Positions 49,811 through 63,018 of a stretch of DNA of 64,000 bases are shown in pieces. Source of the stretch: Chromera velia (taxonomy: Eukaryota); the NCBI GenBank assembly GCA_018398765.1, contig JAHBMJ010000444.1, positions 62,001 through 126,000 of the forward strand, read 5' to 3'. How positions within the stretch are numbered: the first letter of the stretch is position 1; each line of letters begins with the position of its first letter. Position numbers and translations under genes: made by a program. The notes beneath the pieces were generated by a model. That model did not search any database. It was given only the letters and a program-made list of their open reading frames with translations, and was not told where the DNA came from.

Positions 49811-50984
49811 TGTTACGACCTCTCCCTTTTTGGTAAATTGGGCGCCTACCTAGCTGTGCCTCACCGAAGTTGACGAGTCCGACAAGTAGCCTTGTCGGTT
49901 CGATAAACGGGCTTGCAGGTTCGACAAGTGAGGTTGAAGGTCCGACAACTGAGCTTGAAGGTTCAACAAGCGAGATTGAAGGTTTGACAAGTGAGATTTA
50001 AGGTTTGACAAATGAGATGGGAGGTTTGACAACTTAAGAGTCACACACGGAAGTCACTGGTTCGACATATGGAATCGGGGTTCGACATACGGAACCGAAG
50101 TCCAACAAACCAAATTGCAGATTTCTAGATTCAAATTTCACTTCTTTGAAAGTAGGATCGGGATCGTCAAGATTATGAATTTCATGAAAAGTTGTAACCT
50201 TGCAAAAATGTCATGCAATCGTTCGATATAAAAAGCCATCTGAGCCAGAGTTTAACAAAAAGATCGACACGTTCTTTCTCTTTCCATGTGTGTCTCTTTT
50301 TTTCCCTCCTTAATTTTCTTATGTGTTTTATGTATTCTGTTTTATCTTTGGTGTGTTTTGCCATCTCTAAACGGTTATACAACAAAAAGATCGACAAGAA
50401 GATCGACAAAAAGATCGACTAAACCTGGAGCACACTCTCCAGAGAGTTCATAAAAGTTTTCATATCCTTACTCATGAAATATATAAAATTTCTTTGTACT
50501 TCTCTTCCTATGCCCATGCTTGCAGTCCTTTAATAAGCTTACTAACAAGTTCGACAAGCGGGTCGACAAGTCGTACTTAGCTACGATTCTTGTTAGGCCA
50601 TTTGCATCATGGTTGATCCCTGAGCCTTCCTCTTCTGACCCAGCAGCCTATACAACCATCTCAGCCATGCAGATCCCACCACGTATAGCAATATTGATAA
50701 CACTCTGTCTAAAAGCAACGACGGGTTTTAGGCTTATGTACCAACAGGTAAACCTGGCCTGATCTAGTACCCAACTCATTATTTGGTCACAGTTTGCATA
50801 TATTTTGCAATTTTGCTTTACTCTAGCTGCTTATTATATTCTTATGAGAAACTACATTATCATTTTATTTATGCTCGTAATGCAGCTCATTCTATATTAG
50901 TTTATTATTATTTAATTTTTTATAATTTTCCGCAGGATTTCTTGGATGATAGATAAATACTCGTTAACCCTATAAGGCAGCATA

Positions 50985-51024
<40 letters not shown>

Positions 51025-51161
51025 CTTTCTTTCTAATTTTTTTTCTTCTTTGCAAGTTCACTCTCTCTTTTTTTTTTCTAGGAAACTGAAAGCATAACAC
51101 ATTCCCCCTTCTTATATGAGCGATTCCACGCGCTCATACTTATAGATATCTATGCGTAACA
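49811..51161 (-). repeat. Putative 3' LTR (1351 bp)
   Basis: 7-bp terminal inverted repeat TGTTACG (49811) / CGTAACA (51155-51161), directly preceded on the minus strand by a purine tract. Contains 21-bp and 12-bp tandem repeats and a (TA)n run. Confidence 0.75.
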
Positions 51162-51174
51162 CATTCCCCTTTCT
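51162..51174 (-). other. Polypurine tract (plus-strand primer site)
   Basis: Minus strand reads AGAAAGGGGAATG immediately followed by TGTTACG. Confidence 0.75.
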
Positions 51175-54100
51175 GAAACAGCCCTCGAAATGGCATACAA
51201 ATGGAGAGAGAACACCATACAATCATTCAATGTACATTCTCAGAGTCTCTTGGTAACAGCATGCCAAGATGCGTATATATTGAAGGACATACACATGTTC
51301 ATGCAATATGCAGACTAATCGAAACATGCCCTCGTGAATGCAAATTCCACGCATACATATGCATCATGCATCTCAGAGGCTTTCTGAGGAGCAGCACAAG
51401 TGGTATATAGAGTATTACGTCGGAGTCTTTTGATCTTTTAATCGTTCTCGCACAATAAATGACCTCAAAGGGGCCTGGAAGCTGTTTTGGGTAGAGGGAT
51501 TGTTAAGAAAAGAAGACACACAGTTGTCTATCTATATAGAAGACGCTCATAAGCCAGGCTTGCCACCAGACGGTCTCTCAGATCAGTGCATGTGCATGAG
51601 GTAGAACAAGCAGACTGAACGCCGGTTTGAACGTTGTGTAATAAAAAGCCACAATAAGCGAATCTGGTCCTCTACTACGCAGCAATCGCATTGTCGAGAT
51701 GTCGTCTATGACTTTGAGCTCTTCCCATGTAGAGCCGTTTTCGGTCTGCTGTCAGATTGTAGTTCGGTCTGATACAAATGTCAGACAAAAGCAGCATGAA
51801 GCAGCAAGGTCAGACAGTTTGAGTACGTTCGCACGCGCACCAATTATTTTTGCTTGACTTGGGGGGCACTTTTGTTGCGTGCCCCTCAAGCGATAATCGG
51901 AGTGCGTGCGAAAGTGCATACGTGCATTTAATGCGCGCGCACGTCTGACCTTCAAGTTGTTGTTTTGCATGGTTCTGACTAGCTTGCTTTCCGGAATTGC
52001 CATTGAAGCAAACTTGCATCTAAAAGCATTCCAACAACAGACAGACATCAGCACAGCGCAGTGGAAGGCTACCAATGCAGTTCTGAAAGGGGGGATGTCT
52101 CATTGTTTGTTTGTGGAGGGAAATCGGCTGGCACTGGCACGTGGGCAGGTCGTGAGCGAGGCCCTCCGTTCTTTCTGCGTATGAGTGTGTGGGTGTATAT
52201 GTCTTTTCATTGGATAGCATTTCCTCATAGGTTTACTGGTTGTGGGCGGACCCTCCCACGAGTCAGTAAGCCTAGAGTACTCACGTACCCCTTGCCTGTT
52301 TAATGTGGTGAGTCAGGAGCGAGCTCAGGTTAAACTTTTCGTACATTCAGTCACCCGTTGTTCTTCCTCCCTCCCCCTGTTCGCATGGACAATTAGTTTC
52401 GTAAAAGATTTATGGTCTGCATCCATGTACTTCCCTACGCACAGGGTTATACATGCTATGAATATCGATACACATATATATTCATCTTTACACGTAACAG
52501 TATCCCACGCAGTGTTAGGTCTGTTCATGGGTGTTGACGTTTGTCAGACTGAGACCTCTCCCGTATGGCAACTTCTACTACAGTCAATGTTGACTGTTCC
52601 TTCTGTTCGGAAATACTGATTCATTTCTTTCTACCATTTCTTGCAGGGTTGCGGGCTTCCTGATCTTCCCTCATGTCGACCCCTTCCCCGTCCCTTTAAT
52701 GATCCACTGACTCGCACGTCAACTCCTTCCTTGCTCTTAGCACGTGCCTTGGATCGCAACTTTCGTGGGAGGTCAGGTTCTCACCCCTACCTCCGGAACC
52801 CCGGGTTCTCTCCCCCGGTCTCCTTCCTTTCTCTCTCGCTGCTATATTACGAGGTCAGGTCCTTACCCCTGCCTCAGGAGATCTGGCCTCTCTCCACCTG
52901 TTCTCCTTTTTTTCTTCTTTTGGTGACCTTTTGGGAGATCTGGCTTCTCTCCACCTGTTCTCCCTTTCCGGTGACCTTTTTCACGAACTTGTGTCGATCT
53001 GAGACGCATGCCCACCCCTCATATTCATGCATTCACCCATGCACATGCATTTTATCAGCATAGGAATCATACATGCATCTCAGAGAGTCCTCATGCATTT
53101 CTTCATGTATGATCAGCAACGTTGGCCGATTGGAATTTCATCAGATTTTGCAGTTGTCCGTCTCCCTTCCCCGGCCGACACTTTCCCTCCTGTGCTCACC
53201 TGTTTTTGTGCCTGGATTTACTTGACTGTCCCTCATTGTCCTCACACCTTGCTTTGGCTTCTGTACTTACACTTGTCTCCTATTTTTGCAGTTTTCATGT
53301 CCGTCTATTGGTGCAGACCGACTGAATGCGGTGTGCGGTTCTATTTCCATGCCCTTCCAAGGTCTTCCGTGGTTGGTGAAGACGCCATTCCATTGCAGGA
53401 TGCCGGTCAGTCCAAGCGGAACCCCCTTTGTATGGACGAGTGGTTGTTGCAACTGGGGGCTGTCAGCAGTCTGAGAGCCAGAAGCTTACGAGCAGCCTAT
53501 TAACTCCATGAACGCATGCACTCAAGATGACCCTCTCTTTTTTTTTTTCTTGTGAGTGAAGGTCAGCTTCATAGTGCTGCAGGGCTTTTGGAGACGGCGT
53601 GACAGCTAGATACGGCTAGGTGCTGTTCAGGGGAAGAGAAGATTTCAAAGAGAGACAGAAAAAGATCTCCGACTTCCTTCTTCCATAGAACGGGTCACTC
53701 TTCTTTGCTCTCTGTCTTTCTTCTGCTGTTTTCATTCCTGCTAATCATGCAGCTCAATAATGCTTGCAGGTTTCCGATTTTTGTGGCCTCAGTAGGGGCA
53801 GACGTGCAGAGCGGGTGCGGAGATGGCTGGGCAGCGCAAAACGATCCTATGTAGACGGGTCGAAAAAAGCGAATGGGAGACCAATGCCGGAGTATTTCAA
53901 GCACCCTATCTGGTTGGTTGGGCGCCCTCAATATGAGGTCGTTAGGTGTTTTGCTTCATGTGTGAAGGGGGCTTCCATGTCGCTCTTGTAGTTCACAACT
54001 GGGGTAGAAGTGCGGAGCCGGCAGGCGAGTCACCAAAACGATCCCATGTAGACGGACGAATAGGACACGTGGGAAGGCATTGATGAAGTATTTCAGGCAC

Positions 54101-55479
54101 TCTGTCTGGCTGGCTTGGCGCCTCCAATATGAGCATGCCACGTGCTTTGTTTCATTCATAAGGGGAGGTCTTGTGCTGCATCTGCACTTGAAGAGACGGC
54201 ATTCCTCGTAGGGAGACGGCAACGCCGCCCTTCATGCCACCACTCAAAGAAAACCCAACAGCCGCTCTTATGTCCCTTCCCACCATTCTTGTGCTCATGC
54301 AGGACTGCAGAGGCGGCCCTGCTGTCTCATTTTTTCATGCATTTTCCTTTCACAGACCTTTACATTAAAGCTGCTTGCATTCGCGTGGTATGCGCTCCTT
54401 ATCACTTGCCTTGGGTGCAGTACTAGTAATTCTGACGTGGCGGAACTGTCCAGTTAAGCGGAGCAACGGAAGACAGCAAGATCGTCTGGCGGAGACTTGG
54501 TGGATATAGAAGGAAAAAGAATTGGCCGGCTGAATATATCTTGAATAGAGAAGGAGAGAAAGCGAGGAACAGAGGGAAAGGAGCGGAAAGGGAAGAAGAG
54601 AGAAGAAGAGAGAAATGGGAAGACAGAGAGGCAGTGGGGACGTACCCGCTGTAGTGATGAAAGAGCGCGGTAAGGGCTTTTAAAAAGAATTCTTTCTGCT
54701 TTTTGCATGCCTTATTCATTGACGCCTCCTTGTTTTCTCTTTTTCGTTTCACTGGGTGTGAGTGGACCGCTTTCCGAGATTAAGTCATTCTCTATTCATT
54801 CGGATCTTCCCTCTCTGTTTCTCTTTTTTTTTTTTCTTCTTCTTCTTCCCCTCAGAGATCCGGCCACGTACGGTTACTTGCTCAAACCCATGTATTAGTC
54901 ATGCATTCCCGTTGTCGGTCGATCCACTACTCCTTCGATCCTTTTCTCTTCTCCTTCTTTTTTCCAGGAGGACAGCTTGTGGGAGGTCCGTCATTCATTC
55001 AGGTGTGAACCCTATCTTTGACGCTGAACTCCATCTTTTTGGACGGCATGACGCGTTTCTAAAACCAGGATGGAAGGACAAAGAGGTTGAAGTCAGAGAC
55101 GACTGGTGAGTCCGATCTAGGAAGGGCAGTTTGGAAAGAGGGAGGGACGTCGAGGAAGAAAGGAAGAGAAAAGAATAGAAAAGAAAACGATATAATCAAG
55201 TCGCTTCATCGCTTCCTTTTTTCTCTTTGGTCCCTCGAGGTTTTCATTCATTCGTTCCTTTAGTCATCCATTCCTTCATTCATTCATTCGTTCAGTTGTT
55301 CATTCACTCATTTGTCTAATTGTTCGTTCCTTCATAATCATACTTTCGTCCATGCATGCTCATCCATGTCTCTGCAATTCACTCATTTCCTTGCTCAATG
55401 ACATCCATTCGCTCGCTTTTCGCTTGCGTGTACATCCTTCAATTTCCCGTTCTTCCATTCATCTATCCACTTACGTCTC

Positions 55480-55655
55480 TGCATTTTTCAATTCACTCGT
55501 TCCTTTGCGCATCGTTCATTTTCTTGTGCATGCATTCCTCGATTCACTCGTTCCTTTGCGCATCGTTTGTTTTCTTGTGCATGCATTCCTCGATTCACTC
55601 GTTCCTTTGCGCATCGTTCATTTACTCGTGCATGCATTCTTTGACTTCCTCGTTC
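55480..55655. repeat. 51-bp tandem repeat (~3.3 copies) in the retroelement 3' region
   Basis: attcactcgttcctttgcgcatcg at 55491, 55542 and 55593. Confidence 0.9.
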
Positions 55656-56752
55656 CTTCTACTTATTCATGCATTTGCTTATCCATGCTCTTTTCACTTT
55701 GTCGTTCCCGGTCGTTCCTTGCTCATACAGCGTGAGTCATGCTTGCTCATCCATTCATTCATTCATCAGTCTCCCCTTTCGTCCCAAAAATTTCACTGCC
55801 TCTCAATTCATGACACTCATGCAGCTCTCCGGCCCCCCTTCTCTTCCCCTATGCTCATTGTCCGGTCCCCTGGCTCTTGCCGTGCCCGCATGTCACCGGC
55901 CTCTGGGCAAGGGCTTTATCTTCCGTGTTTTTCCCCTTCCCTTCTCTTTCCTTCAACCGGGTGAAAGGCTCTATGCTGCTCTATGTACTCCACCCGTTAC
56001 CGTAAAAATCGAGCTTCTCTTGTTACACTCAGCCGTAGCTGTTTTCTCCATCCGTTCATTTCTCATTTATCCAGGCTCTCATGCATCATTTGCTTACACA
56101 CGTATTCTCATGTGCATACTCTCCCTTCTCTTCTTCCGTGCAGCGCTCTGAACACGCATGCATTCGGGCACTATGCCATACATTGATATGACTCTCGGGG
56201 TTTCCGTCAGACGGTCGATGGTTCACTCGTTCACTTGTCTAGGTATGTCTTGCATGTCAGCCATTCCGCTATGAAACCCCGTATCGCCTTTTTGCTGAGC
56301 ATAAGGTCATGAAGGTTCCTGCCCTGCCTTCGTTTGGTTGCTGATTCTATCATTCACTCATTGATTCACTACTCAGGCTCAGAGGGAGAAGGAGAGAAAG
56401 AAAGAGAAAGAGAGGAAAGAAAGGAGAGAGACCAAACAGATGAAAGGTAAAGAGAGCAGTGAACGAGGAAATTGAAGGCGAGGAAGAGGGATTCATAAGA
56501 GGAACCCAGTCCAGATGGACCGAGTGCTGGACCGAGTGCCTATAGAGGGAGAGAGAGAAAGGAGTGAAGGAAGGAAGGAAGAAAGGAAGGACGAAGAGCG
56601 GGGACAAGTTGCACGAGAGGAAAGAAAAAGACGAGGAGGGGGCAGGAGACAGATGAGGAAGAGAGACGAAGAGATACATATACAATCGCTCTGTAATAGC
56701 ACTCTGCACTGTTCATGGATATTCATATGCCCTGCTTCACACTGCTCCTTTC

Positions 56753-59700
56753 CTATCTCTGCAGGTTTCCTTCACTAGATTCGCTGCTTGGAACGTTCTC
56801 TGTACCCGTTCTCCGACGCATCTGCCTGTAACCCTGGTTCCTCCTTTCCTCGCGGTACTGTTCAACTAAGTCCGGGCATGAGCAGTTATTCTCGTGACAC
56901 CACTCAGGTTGAAGGTAACCAGCAAACTTGAGGAGGAACTAGGTGTTCCCCTTTCTGTCTGTTTTCTCTCCACACATACGTTCCACTTCATATTCTTCAC
57001 CTTCCTCAATTTCCTCCTCCCCCACTTCCTCATTTACTTCCAACTCGACCCGTCTGTTCGGGCCATTTGCCCCCGTCACTTCTGCAACTGTTTGTCTTGC
57101 CTCTCCTTGACTGCCTGTCGAACTTCGTTCTGTCTTTCCTGCGGGTCTTGGGGAAGCAGTTGGCTCTCCCCGTGCCCGTTCTCGACCTCTCGCTCCCTCC
57201 TCTACCTTATCGCTCATTTCCGGGTCACGGCTGTAGTACGGCTTGACTCTACGCCTGCTCACAACCTTCAGCCTTTGGGCGCCTGGTCTTTTGAGAACTA
57301 GGGTGGAATTCAGCCTGACTTGCTCAACCCGATACGGCCCTTCCCATTTTGGGGCCAATTTCTCGCTCACCCCCTTGTGAGCATCTGTCCTCAACCATAC
57401 GTACTGTTTTTCTTTGTACTCGATTGGTCCTTGCGGTGCCTTCCCTCCCCCTTTCTGCTGCTGTTTTTGCAGGATTCTCCTCATTTTTGACTCTGCCGCC
57501 TCTTGCCAGAACTGCTGCTGTAGGTGGGATTCTTTCCAGACCTCACCAAGGAGGTCAATGTAATCCTCAGCAAGGACCCCGGGCTGGTCCTCTGTCAGGT
57601 CTGTCAAGAGACGGGATGGCTTGTTTGGGTGGCGGCCATAGAGAAAGAAAAACGGGGACATGCCCATACCTTCATGGGTTTGGGTGTTAAAAATGTATTG
57701 GGCGAAGGGACAGTATAGTGGCCAGTCTTGCTGGTGTTTGTGGATGTAGGCTGATAGAATTTCCTTCAGCCGTCTGTGGAACCGTTCGAGCCGGGCATTC
57801 GTTTGGGGGTTATATGCGGTCGAGACAATACGTCGGGTGTTGCACAAATCACAGATTGCCTGAATTAATGATTGGATCAAGGAAGTTGCTTCCCTGGTCA
57901 CTTAAAAGTTCTAAAGGTGCCCCCCACCTCAAAATGATTCTTTCAACGAGGGCTCTGGCTACGGTTGGGGCCTTCGCATCTGTGAGTGCTGCTATTTCGG
58001 TCCATCGACTCGTGCAGTCCATTGCAGTGAGGATCCACTTAAACCGTCTGCCCTCTATCTGATTGGACAGTACTAAAGGGCCCACCAGATCGACCGCAAA
58101 CCTCTGGAGCGGTTCAATAAAGGGTTCTTGAATCACGAATGTGTCTCTTTCTGCTTTCCGTTTCCTCTCTTGGCATGTTTTGCAGGTCTTCACGAACCTT
58201 TTGATGTCTGCAAAGACATTCCTCCAATACAGGTCAGCCGTCAGATCTCTAATCATCTTCTGTATGCCTGCATGGCCAGCGACCAGACAGGTGTGATAGT
58301 TGTGTAGTGCTTCTCTCTGCAATGCTTTGGGGACAACCGGGAGGAAACGCGTTCCCTTTTTATGTCCCGAGGCTGGGGGTAGCATTTGCAAAAGGAGGCC
58401 CCGGTCCATTACATATATGCTGGCTTGTATATCAAGGCGGGGACTGTGCTCTGCCTTCCCTTCCTGAACCCCCTCCTTTTTGGTAAGATACTGAATAAGC
58501 GGTTTTAGTTCTTCATCCTCCTTCTGTTTTTCTATGAATTCCTCCCTCTTCCATACTTTGCAGATCGTTTCTTCGACGGGAAGGGCGGACACTGGGGCTA
58601 CTACGATTTCATCTTTTGTGTCGGAATCCAGACGGACAGGGGGCTAGCCCTCATAGACAAAGGGCTCTCGGGTCAGTCCATCTGCGTCTAGATGGCTTCT
58701 CCCCGGGCGGTGCTCTACTGTATAGTTGTAGATACTCAGCTTCAGGCTCCATCGATGCAGTCTCGCATTCGTATCCTTGAAGGAGTCTAGATAGAGGAGA
58801 GCCTTATGATCGGTGACTACTTTGAAGGGAACACCGTATAAGTACTCTCGATAGTGGTGTATCCCCCATACGACTGCATACGCCTCTATCTCTGATATTG
58901 ATCACCAAGCCTCAACGGCGGTGAGCCGGCGGCTTGCATACGAAATAACCCTCGCCCTCCCTTCTTTATCCTCCTGCAGGAGGATAGCTGCCACCGCAGC
59001 CAGGCTGGCATCCGTGCGAAGAATGAAAGGCTTGGTGAAATCGGGGTAGACAAGCACATCTGCTGTGGTCAGTGCCTGTTTGAGTGCTCTAAAGGCTTCC
59101 TCTTGGGGTGCCTGCCATACGAAAGGGGTTCCCTTCTGAGTTAGCTCCAAAAGTGGAGCAGCGGTGCCGCTAAAATTGGGAACGAACGATCGATAGTATC
59201 TGCATACCCCCATGAAGCTTTTGATCTCTTTCACGTTTTTCGGGGCTCTTGCTTCTGTGATGGCTTTCACTTTTTCTTCACAGGGGCGCAGGCCTTCTTG
59301 GGAGACCTGGAAGCCAAGGTATCGGAGCGAGGTTTGACCAAACCTGCATTTTTGGAAGGCTAGCCTCGCGTTGGCTTCAGTCAACCTCTTCAGTATTCTT
59401 CTGAGATCGGATAAATGCTCTTCCCAACTGCTGCTGCTGCATAAAATATCGTCCACGTATACATTCGCGCAGGGAAGGTCACCGACCAGGCGGTCGATCG
59501 TCCTTTGGAACTCAGACGGACTGATCGAGAGGCCCATCGGGAGCCTCTTGTGCTGGAATTGCCCCCACTTAGTATAAAAGGCAAGCTTTGGTCGGTCTAT
59601 CAGCCGCACTACTAACTGAAAGAAAGCAGAAGGGAGATGATCAAGGAGTGAAAACAGTTTTTTCCCTCTCAGGGAGCTCAGGATCTTTTTGATATCCCCC

Positions 59701-62700
59701 AGGGGCCAGTGGTCCCATGCTATTACCTTGTTGAGGGCTCGGAAGTCTACTGTGAGCCTGAGCTTCCCCGAGGATTTCCGTACGAGACAGACAGGTACTC
59801 TCCAGGGAGAACGAGCAGGCTCAATGATGTCCTGTTTAATCAGTTCATTTATCAACTCCTTTGCCTCCCCTTCCAGCGCGTAAGGGATCGGTCGGGGCCG
59901 AACGTAGATCGGCTTTGCATCCCCTGTGTCTATTTGGATTTCGGGGCCTTTAATTTTTCCGATATCCGTGGGGGTGGGGGCTAAACAAGCAAACTCTTGT
60001 AAGAATTTCCTCAGCTCCCCCTTTTATTCTTGCGTGAGCTCCTCACTCTTCTGAAGGGCTTCTTCGATACTTTTCCTGGCTTGCTCTGTTTGTGCAGTTT
60101 GGGTTGGGGGGCAGGTACGGAGGGGTACTGTTTCGAGATCACCATCTTCAACGACTTCGGTTACTAGGGCAGAGACGTTGGGAAGGTCAGGGGGTGTGGC
60201 TATTGATGTCGCAGGGTGGCTGGAAAGGGATCGTTCAGCGGACCCCCCTCTTTCCTTGCTCACTTCCTGTTTTCCTTTCTCATCAGCTTCTGGCAGGGCC
60301 ATGCAAACCGTGACCACTGCCACAAGTATGAAAGGTTTCACCGTGCATTCATGGGTTGTACAATTGCAGAGTGCTACTCGAACCGAGCGGTTTTCGACTA
60401 TTGACACCGTTTCTTGCACTTCTATTCCTGCAGGTAGCAACTCCCTGCGAGGAACAGTCAGGGGCGACACGCACACCATAGTCCCGTCGGGCATGGGAGT
60501 TCCGTCGGGGATCCTGATGTTTAGGTAAGAGAGAGTGAGGGGGCGTAGGACCTGGGATGAGGGAAGAGAGAGAGAGAAAGGAAGAAAACTTCTTTCTTTT
60601 TCCAACACAGTCATAGAGGTCAGAGTAACAGGCAGAGGAGGCAAGGAGCCTAGCGTGACCCCCGTCTCCTTGAGAAATAGGCAGTCTGGTTTGAATCCAA
60701 CCGCCTCAGTGTGGGTTCGACAGAAGTCAATCCCCAGAATGCATGCATGTCGTGTATTCCTCGTGACATAGAAGGTCTGTTTCCTCACCTTGTCCATGAA
60801 AAGACTCAACATAATCACCCCTACATTCTCCAAACATTCCCCTCCTTCACCTTTCAACTTCATGGGGGATGGATACAAACGGTAAGACCCTCCATGCGTA
60901 GCATTCAACCTCGACAACACTTCTTCCCCCAGCGTCGACACATCACTCCCCGTGTTAATCAGAGCTGGGATCATGAACGTTTTTTCCAGGTCAATGCACA
61001 TTCCCATCCTACTGGCCGCAGGGTGGAGATTGATGTGGGCGAGAAGTGCTTCTCTCTGCGGTACGACTGGGGCCATTCCGGGCGCCTGACTCTGCCCCTC
61101 GAAGGCAGGCGCATCAGTGTTTTTGCTGGCCCAAGGGAGTTCGGTTGGCTGCTGAGGCCATAACTCCGGATGGGTCATTGGAGGCAACGCTCTCAAGGCG
61201 GGTCTGTCCATAACTTTTGGGAGTGGCATGGGGGCACCAAGAGTCCCTCTCGGGGGCATGACCTGGTGTGGTTGGCCTCCTCTCACAGCTGGGGGTGCAA
61301 CCCAAGGCTCCTGTTGGATAGGTCGGCCCCGGCCCGCAGGCGGCCCTAGAGGCTCAAATCGTCGCCCCTGGGTTCCGTCCCAGGGCCTTTTCCGATCGTT
61401 ACGTGTCCACCCGTTCTGCTGAGGGAGTGCAAACTCCGAAGGGTGGGGGTCGGGAAGCTCACGTCTGGGAGGGGCCCACCCCTGAACTGAGTACCTTCCC
61501 ATCGTCCTCCAGACCTGAAAGCATCCCCGCTGTAGGCATCTTGCCCCCATCTAATTCTAATTGGTGGGTTGGGGCAAGCTGCTTTGATATGTCCTGTCTG
61601 TTTACACCGGTGACAGGTGGTTGAAGCGGGAACAGGGCACCCCTCTTCTGTGTGTGGTCTCGTTCCTGCACACCGCTCACACTGCACTTGTGCGGAAAGT
61701 GCGAGGGCGGCATTGTTGAGAACCCTTCGCATCATCTCTTCTGGGGGCACCATCAACTGTTCTTCCTTACTTTGCGACTGGGCATTCGACTCTTCTCCTT
61801 CTACTACTGAAATTCGAAGACGTTTGATGGGTCGGTCTCCCTCACTTACCCCCCCTATTTCTCGGTTTCGTTTCTTTTTCACTACGTCCNCCCACTTCCT
61901 CAGCTGCACCTGCATCTCTTCAAAAGTGTCATACGTTTTGCTTTCCATTTGAATGCGGACCTGATCATCCTCTAGGCCCTCAATGAAGGCTGCTAGTGCG
62001 GTCGGGTCGTCGGTGCCTTGGTCTGCAATCCCGCAATTTTCCTCAAAACGTCGAACGTACTCAGTAGAGCTCTCCCCAAACCTCTGAGCGATCTGCAACA
62101 GCTCTCTCTTCTTGCGCTCTGCTTCTTTCTCATCTATGCCATATTTCTTCATGAACAGCGTTTTCAGGCCTTTATGAGTGGCACACTTAGCTAGCCTTTC
62201 AGGGAGTAAAATCTCAAACCATTCCTTTGCAGGTCCTTTGAGGGTAGTCGGGAGGTAGATGTTTTTCAGGTTTGTGAACGTCCACTCGAGGCTCTCATAC
62301 AGTCTCATCACCGAGTTTCAAAAACCCCGAGCCTTCACGCGGTCTCCATCAAACGATGGTAAGTCTATCTTTACTTTGGGGAGGTCAAAGGGGGGCAGGG
62401 ACGGAACTATCGGCGCCTGGGGTCTGCAGCGTGATGGCGCTCTAGATAATGCCATGTCAACAGACATGGGTTCTATGCGGCGAAGCTTCAGTGCCCCCGT
62501 ATCGGATCTTGTCAGAACAATCCCCATGTTGTGCAATTCAGACAATACCTCCGGAGAGGCCTCTTGTGATAGGATCTCTTCTCCATCCTCCCCTGAGTCT
62601 CCTGCCTCCAGGCCCTGTATCCTACTCCTTCTGTGCGTCGGGTCTGCACGTCTATTTCCTGGCCCTACTAGTTGTTCCACCCTCTCTTCCCCTACTTCTT

Positions 62701-62884
62701 TTGCCTGCACTTCTTGGACCACAGGGTTGGCCTCTTGCTCCTGTTCTTCTTCTCTTTCCCTATTCTTTGCTGATTTCCTTCCCCCACCTTTCAGACCCAC
62801 CTCTTGCAATCCTTTCTGGAGCCCTTTTCCGTTTTTCCCTGCCTGCTCCTCTTTCTTTGCTTGTGATCGAGTTCGCGGAGCCAT
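56753..62884 (-). pseudogene. gag-pol pseudogene (Gag with zinc knuckles, protease, RT, RNase H, integrase, chromodomain)
   Basis: CHRCKQTGHIKAAC; ALINTGS (DTG decayed); LRLTVDFRALN, LPMGL, YVDDIL; LRTDAS, VTDHKAL; H..GHAG..CKTCQ, VDLVGP, SDQGSNF, NARLERFH, WEGPYRV; EYEVER..*FLLKFAGYLQPEWCHENNCSCPDLVEQY. Multiple stops and frameshifts. Confidence 0.95.
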
Positions 62885-63018
62885 GTTTCTATCTGCAGCC
62901 GCTCTGAATTGCGATGGCTATCCTTTCCTTCTCACCCCCTTTTCTTTCTTTTCTTTTTCTTTTCCTTCAAGCCTGCAGTGTCACTTCATTGGCTGTTTCA
63001 GAGGCTTTCGAGTGGGCC

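Noticed and set aside
61346..61550. Programmed -1 frameshift between gag and protease ORFs
   Set aside because: No clear slippery heptamer seen, and the element has other random frameshifts, so a decay indel is equally likely.
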